DNA of 64,000 bases, from contig CAWCKY010000007.1 of assembly GCA_963796275.1 (NCBI GenBank), positions 96,001-160,000 of the forward strand, written 5' to 3'. The position numbers and the translations under genes are program-made. This stretch comes from an uncultured Acidobacteriota bacterium (GTDB lineage: Bacteria; Acidobacteriota; Blastocatellia; RBC074). Shown piece by piece: positions 9,447 through 19,592 of this stretch. How positions within the stretch are numbered: position 1 is the first letter of the stretch; every line of letters begins with the position of its first letter. The notes below the pieces were generated by a model. That model was not told the origin of the DNA. It did not search any database and saw only the letters and a list, made by a program, of their open reading frames with translations.

Positions 9447-11951
9447 TTAGCGCCGGCCACGGAAGCCACCGCCTCCATGGAACCCGCCGAAGCCGCCAGA
9501 TCCGCCGCCAAAACGACCGCCGCCCCAGCTGTGATCACCGCCCAAATCACCCATGCTTCTTCCTGCAGAATCATCGCCCTTCCATCCGCTCCAGTTTCCA
9601 CCCCAGGAAGAGCCGGCGGCCCGCGATGCGCCAAAATCTCTCGCCTGTTGAGAAGACTGGAGCGATTGTAGCTGGTTGCGGTCTGTGTCATCCCATCCCT
9701 TAGCGCCGTATTTCTGATATGTGCCCGTCGCCGCATTGGCGTGATAGATGTTCCCGTCGTGGTCGGCATAATAATTGTTGTTCACCTGTCCGACTCGCGT
9801 CGTCCCTCCGGCCGGACCGGTCGCCACACCCCGTCCCAGGGTAGTGCTCTGCCCGGTCGCTGCATTGTTGACGGTCGCACGGCTACCCGCCGCGCCGACT
9901 CCTGTCGTGGGGTTGTATGTCGCGCCGCGGGCCCCATATGCCGAGTTACCAGTGTAGACGTTCTGAACTGCGCCTCGCTGTCCGGCTGACATCCTCCCGG
10001 TGACGGAGTTGTATGAATGGCCGACCTGGTTGCTCCAGGCATTGCCGGTCCACGCGTTGTAACCTCCGGACGTGCGGCTCACCACGCTCGTCGCGCCATA
10101 CTGGCGATATATATTGCCCGTTGTTCCGGCCCATCCGCCTGGTCCCCAAACTGCCCCTCCGCCGTGATAGCCATAGGCGGCACCATAAGCGCCGTAGCCG
10201 TAATAACCGCGATAGGCGCCCCAGTAAGGTGCCGCGCCCCATCCCCAGGCGCCGGCCCAACCTACATCCGTAGCGCCCCAGGCCCAACCCATGCCGAAGC
10301 CGAAAGCCCAGCCGACCCAGGGCGTCCAGGTCATATTTGTCGCATAACCATAAGTGCCCGGCGTCGGGTAATAGACGGTCGATGAAATGTAGGCCGGATA
10401 GGTGTAACCGGTACCATAAACCACCGCGCCGTCCGCGGAGACAATAGTACCCAGGTAGCCGGGCGTATAGCCGACCACGACAGTCTCGGGCGTACTTTCG
10501 TAGATATTGACGTACGTAACATAGTAGACCGGCGAACTCGGCGGGATCGAATAGACGACTGCCGGAACCGAACTCGCCACCACCCAGGGGCTCTGTCCCG
10601 ACGTGGAGCTGAACCACACTCCGTTGTCGACTGCGTACCACTCCGCCGGCGATACTTGGATGATCGGATCCGACGAGTTGAAAACGTAGCTCAGCGACGT
10701 GCCGGGAATAGGCTTCAGCATCGGGGCGCCGCTAATGACTGGAGTGAAATGGGTGTTTGCCCGGTTGACCGTTGCCATTTGCGGAATATCAGCGGCGATG
10801 ACGGCCTCCTGAGCCTGCGGAGTTCCCGGGATCGAAGCTTTCACGTTCTCCTTTGGGCTGTCGTCCGGGATCTTGGCGAAGTCCGGCGGCAGGCTCGTGC
10901 CCGGTACGTATTGCCATGGACTGGTAAAGTTGGGCGCGCGGAACCAGCGGCCTGTGACCAGGATGTAAATTTTCTGATCTTTCAAATCCTTGACTATATC
11001 CGCTGTCGTGTTTTTCACGTAGAGCAGGTTCGTGCCCGCGATAGGTACCCAATCCGGTTGGCCATCCGTTACGATCAACTCGGTGGGTATGGTCTCCACA
11101 TAAAGAGTGGGCGCGCCAGCCTTAAGTGAAGGCTTCTTGTTCTCGTTCTTTTCATTGGGAGGGCCCGCCATCAGATCAACCACTTTTTCTTTCGCAAGTT
11201 GCTGCGCTACCCGGTCAGCGTCGTGCGGCGTCTTCGTTGCCACCGTCCACCGTCCTGAAAGAGCCTCGGCTTCCATGAATCCGTCGAAAAGGTGGATATA
11301 GAACTTCCCCGAGTTATCACGCAGTAATAGCGCTCGCGTATTAACGGCGCGCTCCAGCGAAGTATGCGGCACGGCGCCCCAGACCGGCTGACCGTCAATG
11401 GAGATCAGTACCGCGGCGCTCTCGGAGAAGATGAAGTTCGGCGGCTCGTTTATGACGGGAACGGCCCGACCTTTCTTCTCTGCGCGCAAAACGGCGAGAT
11501 CCGCCTGAAGTTTGTCGAGCGGAATGGTTGCAGGCCCTTTCTCGAGAATCGCCTGGATATTCTTCTGATACATAGCTGCCTTGGCCGCCGCTGACGGGAA
11601 GTTGGCCTTCTCGACCGTAATATTCTGGAACCTCACGGTTCGCGCCTCCCGATCGACGATGGTAGCGGCACTGATATTGATTGCCCCGAAGGTGGGATAC
11701 TTTGCGCCTGAGGGCTTGACCGAGACTGCGGCGTGGCCCGTAAGATTGTAGCCATCCCAACTCTCCAACTGTGGTTCGTATAAGGTGTATTTCGCCCCGT
11801 TCACCTGGGCCGACTTGGGCCACGGGTCCGGGCTCACTTGTTCAAGTGAAGGCTGGTTGATCTGCGTTTGCGCGCAAACAACCGACTGTTGCCCGGACCA
11901 CGTTAGAGTCACAACGATCAGGCAAATCGTCAATGAATGGGATGACTTCAT
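9447..11951 (-). CDS. Large exported uncharacterised protein ('carbohydrate-binding family V/XII'-type annotation) with Tyr/Gly-rich segment and Gly/Arg tail; paralogue of 53821-56454
   Basis: Signal peptide; YEPQLESW, LLYVKNT, LVTGRWF, ASIPGTPQAQEAV and IPPSSPVYYVTYV all have counterparts in the 877-aa ORF. Confidence 0.75.
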   Translation of the reverse strand: MKSSHSLTICLIVVTLTWSGQQSVVCAQTQINQPSLEQVSPDPWPKSAQVNGAKYTLYEPQLESWDGYNLTGHAAVSVKPSGAKYPTFGAINISAATIVDREARTVRFQNITVEKANFPSAAAKAAMYQKNIQAILEKGPATIPLDKLQADLAVLRAEKKGRAVPVINEPPNFIFSESAAVLISIDGQPVWGAVPHTSLERAVNTRALLLRDNSGKFYIHLFDGFMEAEALSGRWTVATKTPHDADRVAQQLAKEKVVDLMAGPPNEKNENKKPSLKAGAPTLYVETIPTELIVTDGQPDWVPIAGTNLLYVKNTTADIVKDLKDQKIYILVTGRWFRAPNFTSPWQYVPGTSLPPDFAKIPDDSPKENVKASIPGTPQAQEAVIAADIPQMATVNRANTHFTPVISGAPMLKPIPGTSLSYVFNSSDPIIQVSPAEWYAVDNGVWFSSTSGQSPWVVASSVPAVVYSIPPSSPVYYVTYVNIYESTPETVVVGYTPGYLGTIVSADGAVVYGTGYTYPAYISSTVYYPTPGTYGYATNMTWTPWVGWAFGFGMGWAWGATDVGWAGAWGWGAAPYWGAYRGYYGYGAYGAAYGYHGGGAVWGPGGWAGTTGNIYRQYGATSVVSRTSGGYNAWTGNAWSNQVGHSYNSVTGRMSAGQRGAVQNVYTGNSAYGARGATYNPTTGVGAAGSRATVNNAATGQSTTLGRGVATGPAGGTTRVGQVNNNYYADHDGNIYHANAATGTYQKYGAKGWDDTDRNQLQSLQSSQQARDFGASRAAGSSWGGNWSGWKGDDSAGRSMGDLGGDHSWGGGRFGGGSGGFGGFHGGGGFRGRR

Positions 11952-11962
11952 AATCGATCTCC

Positions 11963-12904
11963 CTAATTGCCGGCTATGCCTTTATTGACGAGAACCTTGA
12001 CCTCAACGCGGCGGTTCTGAGCGCGACCCTCTGCCGTTTCGTTCGTTGCCGCGGGATTGGTGGCTCCCATAGCCATGGGCGCAAGAATGTGCCGCAGCGG
12101 AATTTTTCCCGTCTGAGCCAGGAAATCCACGACGGCTGTTGAGCGGCCCGCACTCAATTTCTCATTCACCGCTGCAGTTCCTGTCGAGGATGCGTAGCCC
12201 GCCACCTGAATCAAGAATCCGCTCTGCCCCGCGGCATTGGTGGCCAACTTCAACAAATCCTGCTTGGCCGTGTCGGATAGAACGGCGCTATTGGTCTCGA
12301 AATAGACCGTTGTCGTGTCCTTAATGTCATAGTCGGATAGTTCGCTGAAACGCTTGTTCAGCTCGGCCTCATCGCCCGACACTTTAGCTATCCGCTGTTG
12401 GTTGGCCTGAATTTGTTGCTGGTTAGCCTGAATCGCTTGCTTGTTTGCCTCGACCCCTTGTTTATTGACGTCGACCTGTTGCCCGGTGGCTTTGAGTGCC
12501 TGTTGAGTTGGAACCAGGCCCGCCTGGATTTGTTGAGCGGTTTGCAGGTCGTCCCCGTTGAAGCTGACGCTCTTAGCATCCACCTGGCCATTAGCAGTGC
12601 CCACCCCGCTTACCTCGACTTTGAGACCGGGAATGAGGGCTGTCACCAGGAGCTTCTTCTTCCGGATACCCAATGCCCCTTTTTTCATCGCAACACTGGT
12701 GTCCTCGCCAAGGACCACGGTAACGGTCTCATTGTTGGCGGTCCGTATCGTCATGTTTTCTCCCGCCCGGGAAGTGATGAGACCATTTAACTTGACTTTC
12801 TGGCCGCTCGTAATTGATTGGCTTAAAGCGCTATTGCTTGTGGCAAAGACTGCAAACGCCACTGTTATAGCGCCCAAGAAAAATTTTATTCCATTCTTTC
12901 TCAT
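11963..12904 (-). CDS. OmpA-family protein (N-terminal beta domain, Gln-rich coiled coil, OmpA-C peptidoglycan-binding domain)
   Basis: VYFETNSAVL..IQVAGYASSTG..NEKLSAGRS..GRAQNRRVEV; signal peptide. Confidence 0.9.
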   Translation of the reverse strand: MRKNGIKFFLGAITVAFAVFATSNSALSQSITSGQKVKLNGLITSRAGENMTIRTANNETVTVVLGEDTSVAMKKGALGIRKKKLLVTALIPGLKVEVSGVGTANGQVDAKSVSFNGDDLQTAQQIQAGLVPTQQALKATGQQVDVNKQGVEANKQAIQANQQQIQANQQRIAKVSGDEAELNKRFSELSDYDIKDTTTVYFETNSAVLSDTAKQDLLKLATNAAGQSGFLIQVAGYASSTGTAAVNEKLSAGRSTAVVDFLAQTGKIPLRHILAPMAMGATNPAATNETAEGRAQNRRVEVKVLVNKGIAGN

Positions 12905-12924
12905 TGGTTCTTCTCCTATAGAAA

Positions 12925-12993
12925 TTGGGGATGGAGCCCAGGGCTGGGGATATACTAAATCCTTGCTTCAGCCTCCCCGCCTCCATCCTCCAA
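12925..12993. repeat. Imperfect inverted repeat of a dispersed family, related to 26656-26790
   Basis: TTGGGGATGGAG...CTCCATCCTCCAA. Its reverse complement resembles GGGGATGGAGGCTGGGGCTGGACTAAGGATTTA at ~26659. Confidence 0.55.
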
Positions 12994-13025
12994 TTTCAAT
13001 TTCATTGTTTCAGTCCATCATCCGT

Positions 13026-13712
13026 TCAGAAGCGAACGATAAGTCCGCCAACAAATTCGCCCTGGTTCGACCACTTCGAGCTGCCTACGACGCCGCAATA
13101 GAAAGCGTTGCACCAGATGCCGTCCGCTTGCGAGCCGATGTAGGTCGGTGTCCAGCGGCCCTGCATCTTTATGCCAAACATGGGTGTCAGAAAATACTTT
13201 ACGCCGCCGCCATACGTCATTCCGAATTTGGCTTTGTTCTCCAAATTGATGCTGAAGGGAGTGATTGATCCCCCAGGTATGGCGGTGAGAGTTCCCGGCG
13301 CGTACTCCGTAACGCCCATGCCGGCAATGGCGTATGGGCGAAACTTTGAATCTCCGTCCTTGAAGTTATAGGTGATGACGCCCATATAGTTGTAAATCGG
13401 GTTGGCGACGATATCGGCTTTGTCGCCGACCACATCGCTAACTGTCAGCCTGCTTTTCTGTCGGCTGAAGAGAAAGCCTACTCCGACGTTGTCGTTCACG
13501 TTGTAGTCGGCCTGTAGTCCCCACGAGAATCCGCTGTCCGCCCCGACCCTGTCGACAGCACGGCCATTGATAACTACCGGGTTGATGTCAAAGCCTGAGG
13601 CGAAGGTATAACCTAGAGACCCTGAGACTTCGACCTTCTTATCCTGAGCCAGAGCAGCGAAATTTAGCGCCACCAGGATCACAGACAACAAAAATGCTTT
13701 GCGGCGAATCAT
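13026..13712 (-). CDS. Outer-membrane beta-barrel protein (8-stranded OMP-type)
   Basis: Start moved to ATG 13712 (AGGAG RBS; MIRRKAFLL signal peptide); amphipathic strands, FRPYAIAGMG, terminal Phe. Confidence 0.85.
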   Translation of the reverse strand: MIRRKAFLLSVILVALNFAALAQDKKVEVSGSLGYTFASGFDINPVVINGRAVDRVGADSGFSWGLQADYNVNDNVGVGFLFSRQKSRLTVSDVVGDKADIVANPIYNYMGVITYNFKDGDSKFRPYAIAGMGVTEYAPGTLTAIPGGSITPFSINLENKAKFGMTYGGGVKYFLTPMFGIKMQGRWTPTYIGSQADGIWCNAFYCGVVGSSKWSNQGEFVGGLIVRF

Positions 13713-14265
13713 GATAAAAACTCCTTCTTGGTATTTGTTCACCCAACCTCGGAAGCAGCAAACAGCCGGCCCTTCCGGGCGCGGATGAATGCGCTTCCTG
13801 CTGATGGTGGCTGAGGTATATGAATCTCCCTCAGCCTTATAATCCCAAAGAGGATGCTCTCCCCTCCGGTTGTACCGCCTGCTCCTTGGCGTACGCCAAA
13901 AGCATCGCGTGCTCACCCCAGCAGTAATTACAAATCTTCCGTAATGATTGTAATGACAGCAGAGCGGGCTGAGTACTGTCAGTTTTGACTGTATTTTGAA
14001 AAAAAAATTACAGAGAGTCGGGACGGCTGGCATCGCAGAAATCGCTATAACATTCTATATCGAAGTTACAACGAAGAAGGAGATTCTCGCTCGTTGACTG
14101 CGCTCGCACGCCCAGAGAGACAAAGAGACTCGAAGAGGAAGAGATGGAAAGTGAACTCATTCTTCGGCGGCTGGAGCAGAGCCATTGGAAACTCGATGGA
14201 ATAGGCGGTACGGCGAATAGCCTGTAAACTAAGCTATTGATGTTTTAGATGGCGATTCAAGTTCG

Positions 14266-14349
14266 AATCAGTACCGCGAGCGGTAGCGAGCGTTGTACCC
14301 GAACCTGTTGATCGATTGAGACCCGCGCTACCACTCGCGGTACTGATTC
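14266..14349. repeat. REP-like palindromic element
   Basis: GAATCAGTACCGCGAGCGGTAGCG...CGCTACCACTCGCGGTACTGATTC. The same arms recur at ~62928 and ~63245. Confidence 0.8.
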
Positions 14350-14500
14350 GTCGATCATCAAGAAACTCTTTGAATTAATTCCAGCGATCTCCGTAATCGG
14401 CTCAAAACTCGGAATTCAAACACCCAAATCCCACTCAACCATCTGCGATATTTAAGAGCTTCAGGGAAATCACTCAGGTTCCCCAAACTGTCGCGGAAAA

Positions 14501-14610
14501 TTGATAGTCGATAATAGATAGTTGATAGTTGATTAGGTTGATACAGATCGTTGCCCAAGTGTTTGCGAATTACCGACTATCAACTATCAACTATCAACTA
14601 TCAACTATCT
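14501..14610. repeat. Inverted heptamer tandem arrays
   Basis: Degenerate (TGATAGT)n at 14502-14536 faces (ACTATCA)x5 at 14576-14610. Confidence 0.85.
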
Positions 14611-14652
14611 AGTTCACTGGTTACCCTATCGAGTTCCCTGGTTACCCGCTCG

Positions 14653-14666
14653 GGCACGAGGCTTGC
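14653..14666 (+). promoter_or_regulatory. Sigma54 -24/-12 promoter
   Basis: GGCACG-AGGC-TTGC, 70 nt upstream of the 14736 ATG. Confidence 0.75.
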
Positions 14667-14735
14667 CATCCTTACCATCGCCCATTTACTACTAGAAGTA
14701 GATCAAAGACTCATCTGTGCTCTCCGCTTAAGAGA

Positions 14736-15503
14736 ATGGCTTTGTTGGTTTTGGTTAAACAAATAGCGGGGATAATCGCATTATTAACATGCTCAGGTCT
14801 CGCGTCTGCTGTTGCGAGGGCGCAGTCTGGCGGAGGTTCGATGCGTCCTGACCGCGCGCTCGAGTCGGGCATCATTACGGATCGAATCTCACCAAAGGAT
14901 TTAAGACGATGGGATGCGATCAAACGTATCGTCTTTGCCGAGGACGTCATGGGCTTGCCATTACACCCCACGCTTCGATCGTTGTGGGAGCAGCTTGATA
15001 AGAGCCGCCACGCCGTCTACATCGAGTTGTATTGCAAGGGCCGCACAATCACGAGTACGGCCGGCTCTTTTCACATTGAGCAATTCGACCCGCTGGGTGA
15101 AAGGCAAGTGGCTATCATTCGCCTCTACCTCTCGAATATAGATCGGGCAAGCGTCGAGCCCCTTCCCCTGCGCCCCAACGGGTACATCCCCTTTCTAGGG
15201 CTCACCCGGGTGGAACGTTATGCCGAGGTGCTCGGGCATGAACTGGCGCACGCAGTTCATATTTTGAACGACGTGAAACGCGCCCGGATGGTTGAAGAAA
15301 TGATCGAGCAGACCAACGAGGAGTTCCTCTGGCAGGGTAGGCGATACGGATACACGAAACTCAAACCGGAGTTGCTGCAGCGCATAGCAACACGTGACCT
15401 TTTCCTGAAAGAGCTGGAAGAGCCGGCGGAGATGATTGAGATGATGGTCTGGAGCGAGATAGTGCTTGGCAGATGTCGCGTTCGGCGGCACCTCTCTCGA
15501 TAG
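14736..15503 (+). CDS. Exported hypothetical protein with HExxH zincin motif
   Basis: Signal peptide (..AVARAQ); EVLGHELAHAVH. Confidence 0.7.
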   Translation: MALLVLVKQIAGIIALLTCSGLASAVARAQSGGGSMRPDRALESGIITDRISPKDLRRWDAIKRIVFAEDVMGLPLHPTLRSLWEQLDKSRHAVYIELYCKGRTITSTAGSFHIEQFDPLGERQVAIIRLYLSNIDRASVEPLPLRPNGYIPFLGLTRVERYAEVLGHELAHAVHILNDVKRARMVEEMIEQTNEEFLWQGRRYGYTKLKPELLQRIATRDLFLKELEEPAEMIEMMVWSEIVLGRCRVRRHLSR

Positions 15504-15761
15504 GGGAAATTTACTTAGCGATGCTCAGGAATAGATCTGGCTGCCGCATGTTGAAACCCTGCGCTGTCAGGTATTTTCCCTAAATGAATCAGTCGGTAAA
15601 CGCGTCATTTCAAAATTTCTGCGACATTACTCGGCTCCCATTACCTTTCGTGGCCAGTTAGTGTTCGCATTTGTCGTCTCTTTCTTCCGGTCGTTTGGAA
15701 AAGAGATTAGCATCAATAAGTTATTTAAAAGTTATTTAAAGCGGAAAACCTCAACCGGCGG

Positions 15762-15776
15762 TGGAGTGAGGTTTGC
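15762..15776 (+). promoter_or_regulatory. Possible sigma54 promoter
   Basis: TGGAGTG-AGGT-TTGC upstream of the bEBP at 15898. Confidence 0.5.
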
Positions 15777-15897
15777 GATGAAATTGCATAGCAGGTTATA
15801 ACCTGCTCTACCTCCGGAAGCGGGGGAAACGCAAGTTAGAAAGCCTGACCTATATTGTCGGAGGAGTCGTTCATACCGGATTATTGGCAGGCCGGTT

Positions 15898-17028
15898 ATG
15901 GCAAGTAAAACAACAAGTTTCGGGATGGATGAGCGGCGGCGGGATACTGAAATGAGGTTGCGGGAGAGGGAAGAGGGTTTGAACTCGGCCTCTGATAACG
16001 CGCCCATCAGAGAAGAGGTCCCGCACTCCCACGGTTTTGACCAGATCATTGGGAAGAGTAAGGTTCTCAAAGAGGTATTGCAGGGGGCACAGCAGGCGGC
16101 GCCCACCGACACTACCATACTCATCCTCGGCGAAACCGGGACAGGAAAAGAGCTCTTAGCCCAAGCTATCCATTCGATCAGCTTGCTCCGCGATCGCCAG
16201 CTGGTCAAAGTCGGCTGCGCCACACTGCTCCCGACCTTGATTGAGAGCGAGTTATTCGGGCATGAAAAGGGAGCCTTCACTGGTGCTAACGCCAGCCGCA
16301 TTGGCCGCTTTGAACTGGCAAACGAGGGGGCGATCTTTCTGGACGAGATTGGGGAACTGCCGCCGGAGTTGCAGGCTAAACTATTGCGAGTACTCCAGGA
16401 GGGAGAGTTCGAGCGCCTGGGCTCGAGCCGGACAATCAAAGTTGATGTGCGGGTCATCGCAGCAACCAACCACGACCTGAAAGAGGCTGTGCGGCGGGAG
16501 AAATTCCGTACCGACCTTTTCTACCGTTTGAGCGTGTTCCCGATTCGGATGCCCGCTTTGCGGGAGCGACGGGAAGACATACCACTCCTCACACACTTTT
16601 TCATAGAGCAAGCCAGTGAGCGCATGGGAAAGCCCATCGAAGAGGTCTCGCAAGAGGCGCTGGAGGCTATGGAGAAGTACCACTGGCCTGGGAATGTTCG
16701 AGAACTGAAGAATGTCATCGAACGAGCGGTGATCATCACACCTGATGGTAGGCTGCGATTGCTGGATAGTCTACGAGTGAATCAGGAGATGGAATTGGGT
16801 CTAGACCTCGTGGATAAAGATGCGGCCAGAGGACTGGACGAACGGTACACGAGGTTGGAGGCAGTCGAACGGCAGCACATCTTGCAGATGCTAGAGCATA
16901 CCTTTTGGCGGATCGAGGGGGAACAAGGCGCAGCAGCGATTCTGGGGTTGAACCCGGGAACTTTACGGTCACGAATGAAGAAATTGGGGATTCAGCGGCC
17001 CAAAATTTATGGGAGTGAATTGAGGTAA
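15898..17028 (+). CDS. Sigma54-dependent activator (bEBP1), AAA+ and Fis-HTH, no sensor domain
   Basis: [52 protein letters not shown]. Confidence 0.93.
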   Translation: MASKTTSFGMDERRRDTEMRLREREEGLNSASDNAPIREEVPHSHGFDQIIGKSKVLKEVLQGAQQAAPTDTTILILGETGTGKELLAQAIHSISLLRDRQLVKVGCATLLPTLIESELFGHEKGAFTGANASRIGRFELANEGAIFLDEIGELPPELQAKLLRVLQEGEFERLGSSRTIKVDVRVIAATNHDLKEAVRREKFRTDLFYRLSVFPIRMPALRERREDIPLLTHFFIEQASERMGKPIEEVSQEALEAMEKYHWPGNVRELKNVIERAVIITPDGRLRLLDSLRVNQEMELGLDLVDKDAARGLDERYTRLEAVERQHILQMLEHTFWRIEGEQGAAAILGLNPGTLRSRMKKLGIQRPKIYGSELR

Positions 17029-17061
17029 TTATCCAAATTTTTAGATAATCCACTCTTCCGC

Positions 17062-17092
17062 CGCCATATTTGGAGGATCACCAAATATGGCG
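17062..17092. promoter_or_regulatory. Palindromic candidate activator-binding site directly after bEBP1
   Basis: CGCCATATTTGG-AGGATCA-CCAAATATGGCG (12-bp perfect arms, no U-tract). Confidence 0.55.
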
Positions 17093-17618
17093 ATCGCTTC
17101 AAGTACTCTATTCACCTTTATCAACTGTATGCTTTTTTAAAAAGCTGTATGGATATTGGTTAGCAGACCTATATCAAGGATGGGATCTGTTCGACACATA
17201 AGCGGCACATGAGTTGAGTTACTTAAGATGATGACAAAATCAAAAAGATTGCCACTTTCGAGGAGAAAATTATACGGCAAAAGCGCAAGAGAAATAAGAA
17301 CCTAAATAAGCTCTATCTTAGTACATACAAGTGATTCGGGCGATTCACATCGATGCAACCAAAACTGATGTGAAAGCGGTCATACTCCCCAGTGTTACCG
17401 CGCTGACCAGAAGGATGGATGGGTTTCCTACACTCATTCCTCGACTGAGTTCGCTTTCGCATGATCTTCCTCCCTAATGGCCAGGACACCCGTGCCTGGC
17501 GATCACTTACATCATAACAAGATAGAACCACCAGCTAACCGGCCGAATCGTTCGGCACGGTTACGGTAGAGCTCTCGTCAGGAACCATTGCTGAAGAGGT
17601 GTAGGAGAGGAGGAGATC

Positions 17619-19355
17619 ATGTATATTTCAGGAATTACTGAAATCAGTGAAAATCCACAATTCGAACAAACCCAACAAAAGAACGTAAAGCTATCCGGTG
17701 AGGGCGTGAAGCTAGCCACCGCCGGAAGGGAATTCATCGGCCCGCATTTTCTGATGCGGCAGCTCAACCCGGCTCTCAATTATCAGCGCGACGATAACCA
17801 GCCGGATGTTGAAGCGCTGCGCGAGCCTATCAATCATAATCATTACAATGTAGACATCAGTTACCGGGAACTCATCGAGCGCGAGCTGACCGAGGACGCT
17901 CTGTCCGATGGCGAACAACGCTATCGCCACTTGATCGACGCCGCCCCGGTGATGGTCTGGATGTCGAGTACCGACGGCCTTTGCACGGACTTCAACCAAC
18001 CCTGGCTGGAATTCACAGGGCGCACCCTGGAGCAGGAGTTGGGTGAGGGTTGGTTGGAGGGCGTGCACGCGGAGGATAGGCAGCAATGCATCGACGATTA
18101 TCTGGCTGCCTTCCGCGAGCGCGAGAGCTTCACCCTGCAGTACCGGTTGCGGCGCGCCGACGGGGCGTACTGCTGGGTGCTCGACAACGGTGTCCCGCAT
18201 TACACGCGCGAAGGCGACTTTCTCGGTTACATCGGCTCGTGCATCGACATCACCGAGAGCAAGCACATGCAAGAGGAATTGGCCCGTGCTCTGCTCGAAG
18301 TTCGCCAGCTCAAGGAGCAACTCCACAACGAAAGCATCTACCTTCGAGATGAGGCCAATATCGCCACCCACTTCGGCCAGATCATCGGTCACGCCGAATC
18401 ACTCAAGTCGGCCCTTCTTCAGGTTGAGCAGGTCGCGGCCACCGATTCTACTGTCATCATCACCGGAGAGACCGGCACTGGCAAGGAACTCTTCGCCCAG
18501 GCCATCCACTCACTAAGCCCGCGACGCGAGCGCCCGCTGGTCAAGGTCAATTGTTCCGCGCTCCCGACCACACTGATCGAGAGCGAGCTATTCGGCCACG
18601 AGAAAGGCGCTTTCACCGGCGCGAATGCGAGGCGTATTGGCCGCTTCGAGCTGGCCCACGGCGGGACGATCTTCCTGGACGAAATCGGTGACCTTCCGCT
18701 GGAATCGCAGGCGAAGCTGCTGCGGGTGCTGCAGGAGTGGGAATTCGAACGGCTGGGATCGAACAAGACCATCAAAGTTGACGTGCGGGTGGTGGCGGCA
18801 ACCAATCAAGGTCTGGAAGAGTTGGTCCGTGAAGGGAAATTCCGGGCTGACCTCTACTTTCGGCTGAGCGTCTTCCCCATCCATCTCCCACCGTTGCGTG
18901 AGCGGCGGGAGGATATCCATGCGTTGGTTAGCTTCTTCGTGAACCAGTTCAGTCAAAAACTGGGCAAACATATCGAAATCATCACGGCTGAGGCGCTGGA
19001 GGCGCTGGAGCGCTACGCGTGGCCTGGGAACGTGCGGGAATTGAAGAACGTCCTTGAGAAGGCAGTGATCTTAAGCAATGGCGGCAAGCTGAGGCTGGCC
19101 GATGGCGTGCAGCCCATTTGGGCGGCGGAGCCCAGTGCGGAGGCGGTCATTGAGCCGAAAGCAATTGAGACGGATGCACCCCATCGTGTCGGACGGCTGG
19201 AAGAAGTGGAGCGGAAACATATCCTGGACGTGATGGAGCAGACCTACTGGCGAGTGGAAGGCGAGTACGGCGCCGCGGCGATCCTTGGTTTACGTCCCGG
19301 GACGCTGCGATCACGCATGAAGAAGCTCGGTATTCGCCGGCCATCGCGACGATAG
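17619..19355 (+). CDS. PAS-domain sigma54-dependent activator (bEBP2)
   Basis: PAS/PAC (APVMVWMS..FNQPWLEFTG..VHAEDR..YIGSCIDITE), GAFTGA, Fis-HTH. Confidence 0.93.
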   Translation: MYISGITEISENPQFEQTQQKNVKLSGEGVKLATAGREFIGPHFLMRQLNPALNYQRDDNQPDVEALREPINHNHYNVDISYRELIERELTEDALSDGEQRYRHLIDAAPVMVWMSSTDGLCTDFNQPWLEFTGRTLEQELGEGWLEGVHAEDRQQCIDDYLAAFRERESFTLQYRLRRADGAYCWVLDNGVPHYTREGDFLGYIGSCIDITESKHMQEELARALLEVRQLKEQLHNESIYLRDEANIATHFGQIIGHAESLKSALLQVEQVAATDSTVIITGETGTGKELFAQAIHSLSPRRERPLVKVNCSALPTTLIESELFGHEKGAFTGANARRIGRFELAHGGTIFLDEIGDLPLESQAKLLRVLQEWEFERLGSNKTIKVDVRVVAATNQGLEELVREGKFRADLYFRLSVFPIHLPPLRERREDIHALVSFFVNQFSQKLGKHIEIITAEALEALERYAWPGNVRELKNVLEKAVILSNGGKLRLADGVQPIWAAEPSAEAVIEPKAIETDAPHRVGRLEEVERKHILDVMEQTYWRVEGEYGAAAILGLRPGTLRSRMKKLGIRRPSRR

Positions 19356-19458
19356 CAGTAGGCAGCGGCGCAAAAGGCGTATTTCGTGCTTCCCGCGTTA
19401 TGCCGCAACTTCTGTGCAATTTCAGATTACTCATTGCGCATGATCAATGATAGCCCGA

Positions 19459-19582
19459 GCAAATAGGTCATCAGTGACAAACAACAAATGGCAAATTGCA
19501 TTTGAAGACGGAGATGGCCGTGCAAATAGGTCATCAATGGCAAACGACAAATGGCAAATTGCATTTGAAGACGGAGATGGCC
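19459..19582 (+). repeat. Tandem duplication, 61-bp unit with 63-bp period
   Basis: GCAAATAGGTCATCARTGRCAAACRACAAATGGCAAATTGCATTTGAAGACGGAGATGGCC twice. Confidence 0.9.
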
Positions 19583-19592
19583 TGAGCCTTGC
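19578..19592 (+). promoter_or_regulatory. Sigma54 promoter
   Basis: TGGCCTG-AGCC-TTGC, downstream of bEBP2 and upstream of the NarL-type regulator. Confidence 0.65.

Noticed and set aside
13713-14033. 107-aa N-terminal extension of the beta-barrel ORF
   Set aside because: RBS and signal peptide begin at 13712.
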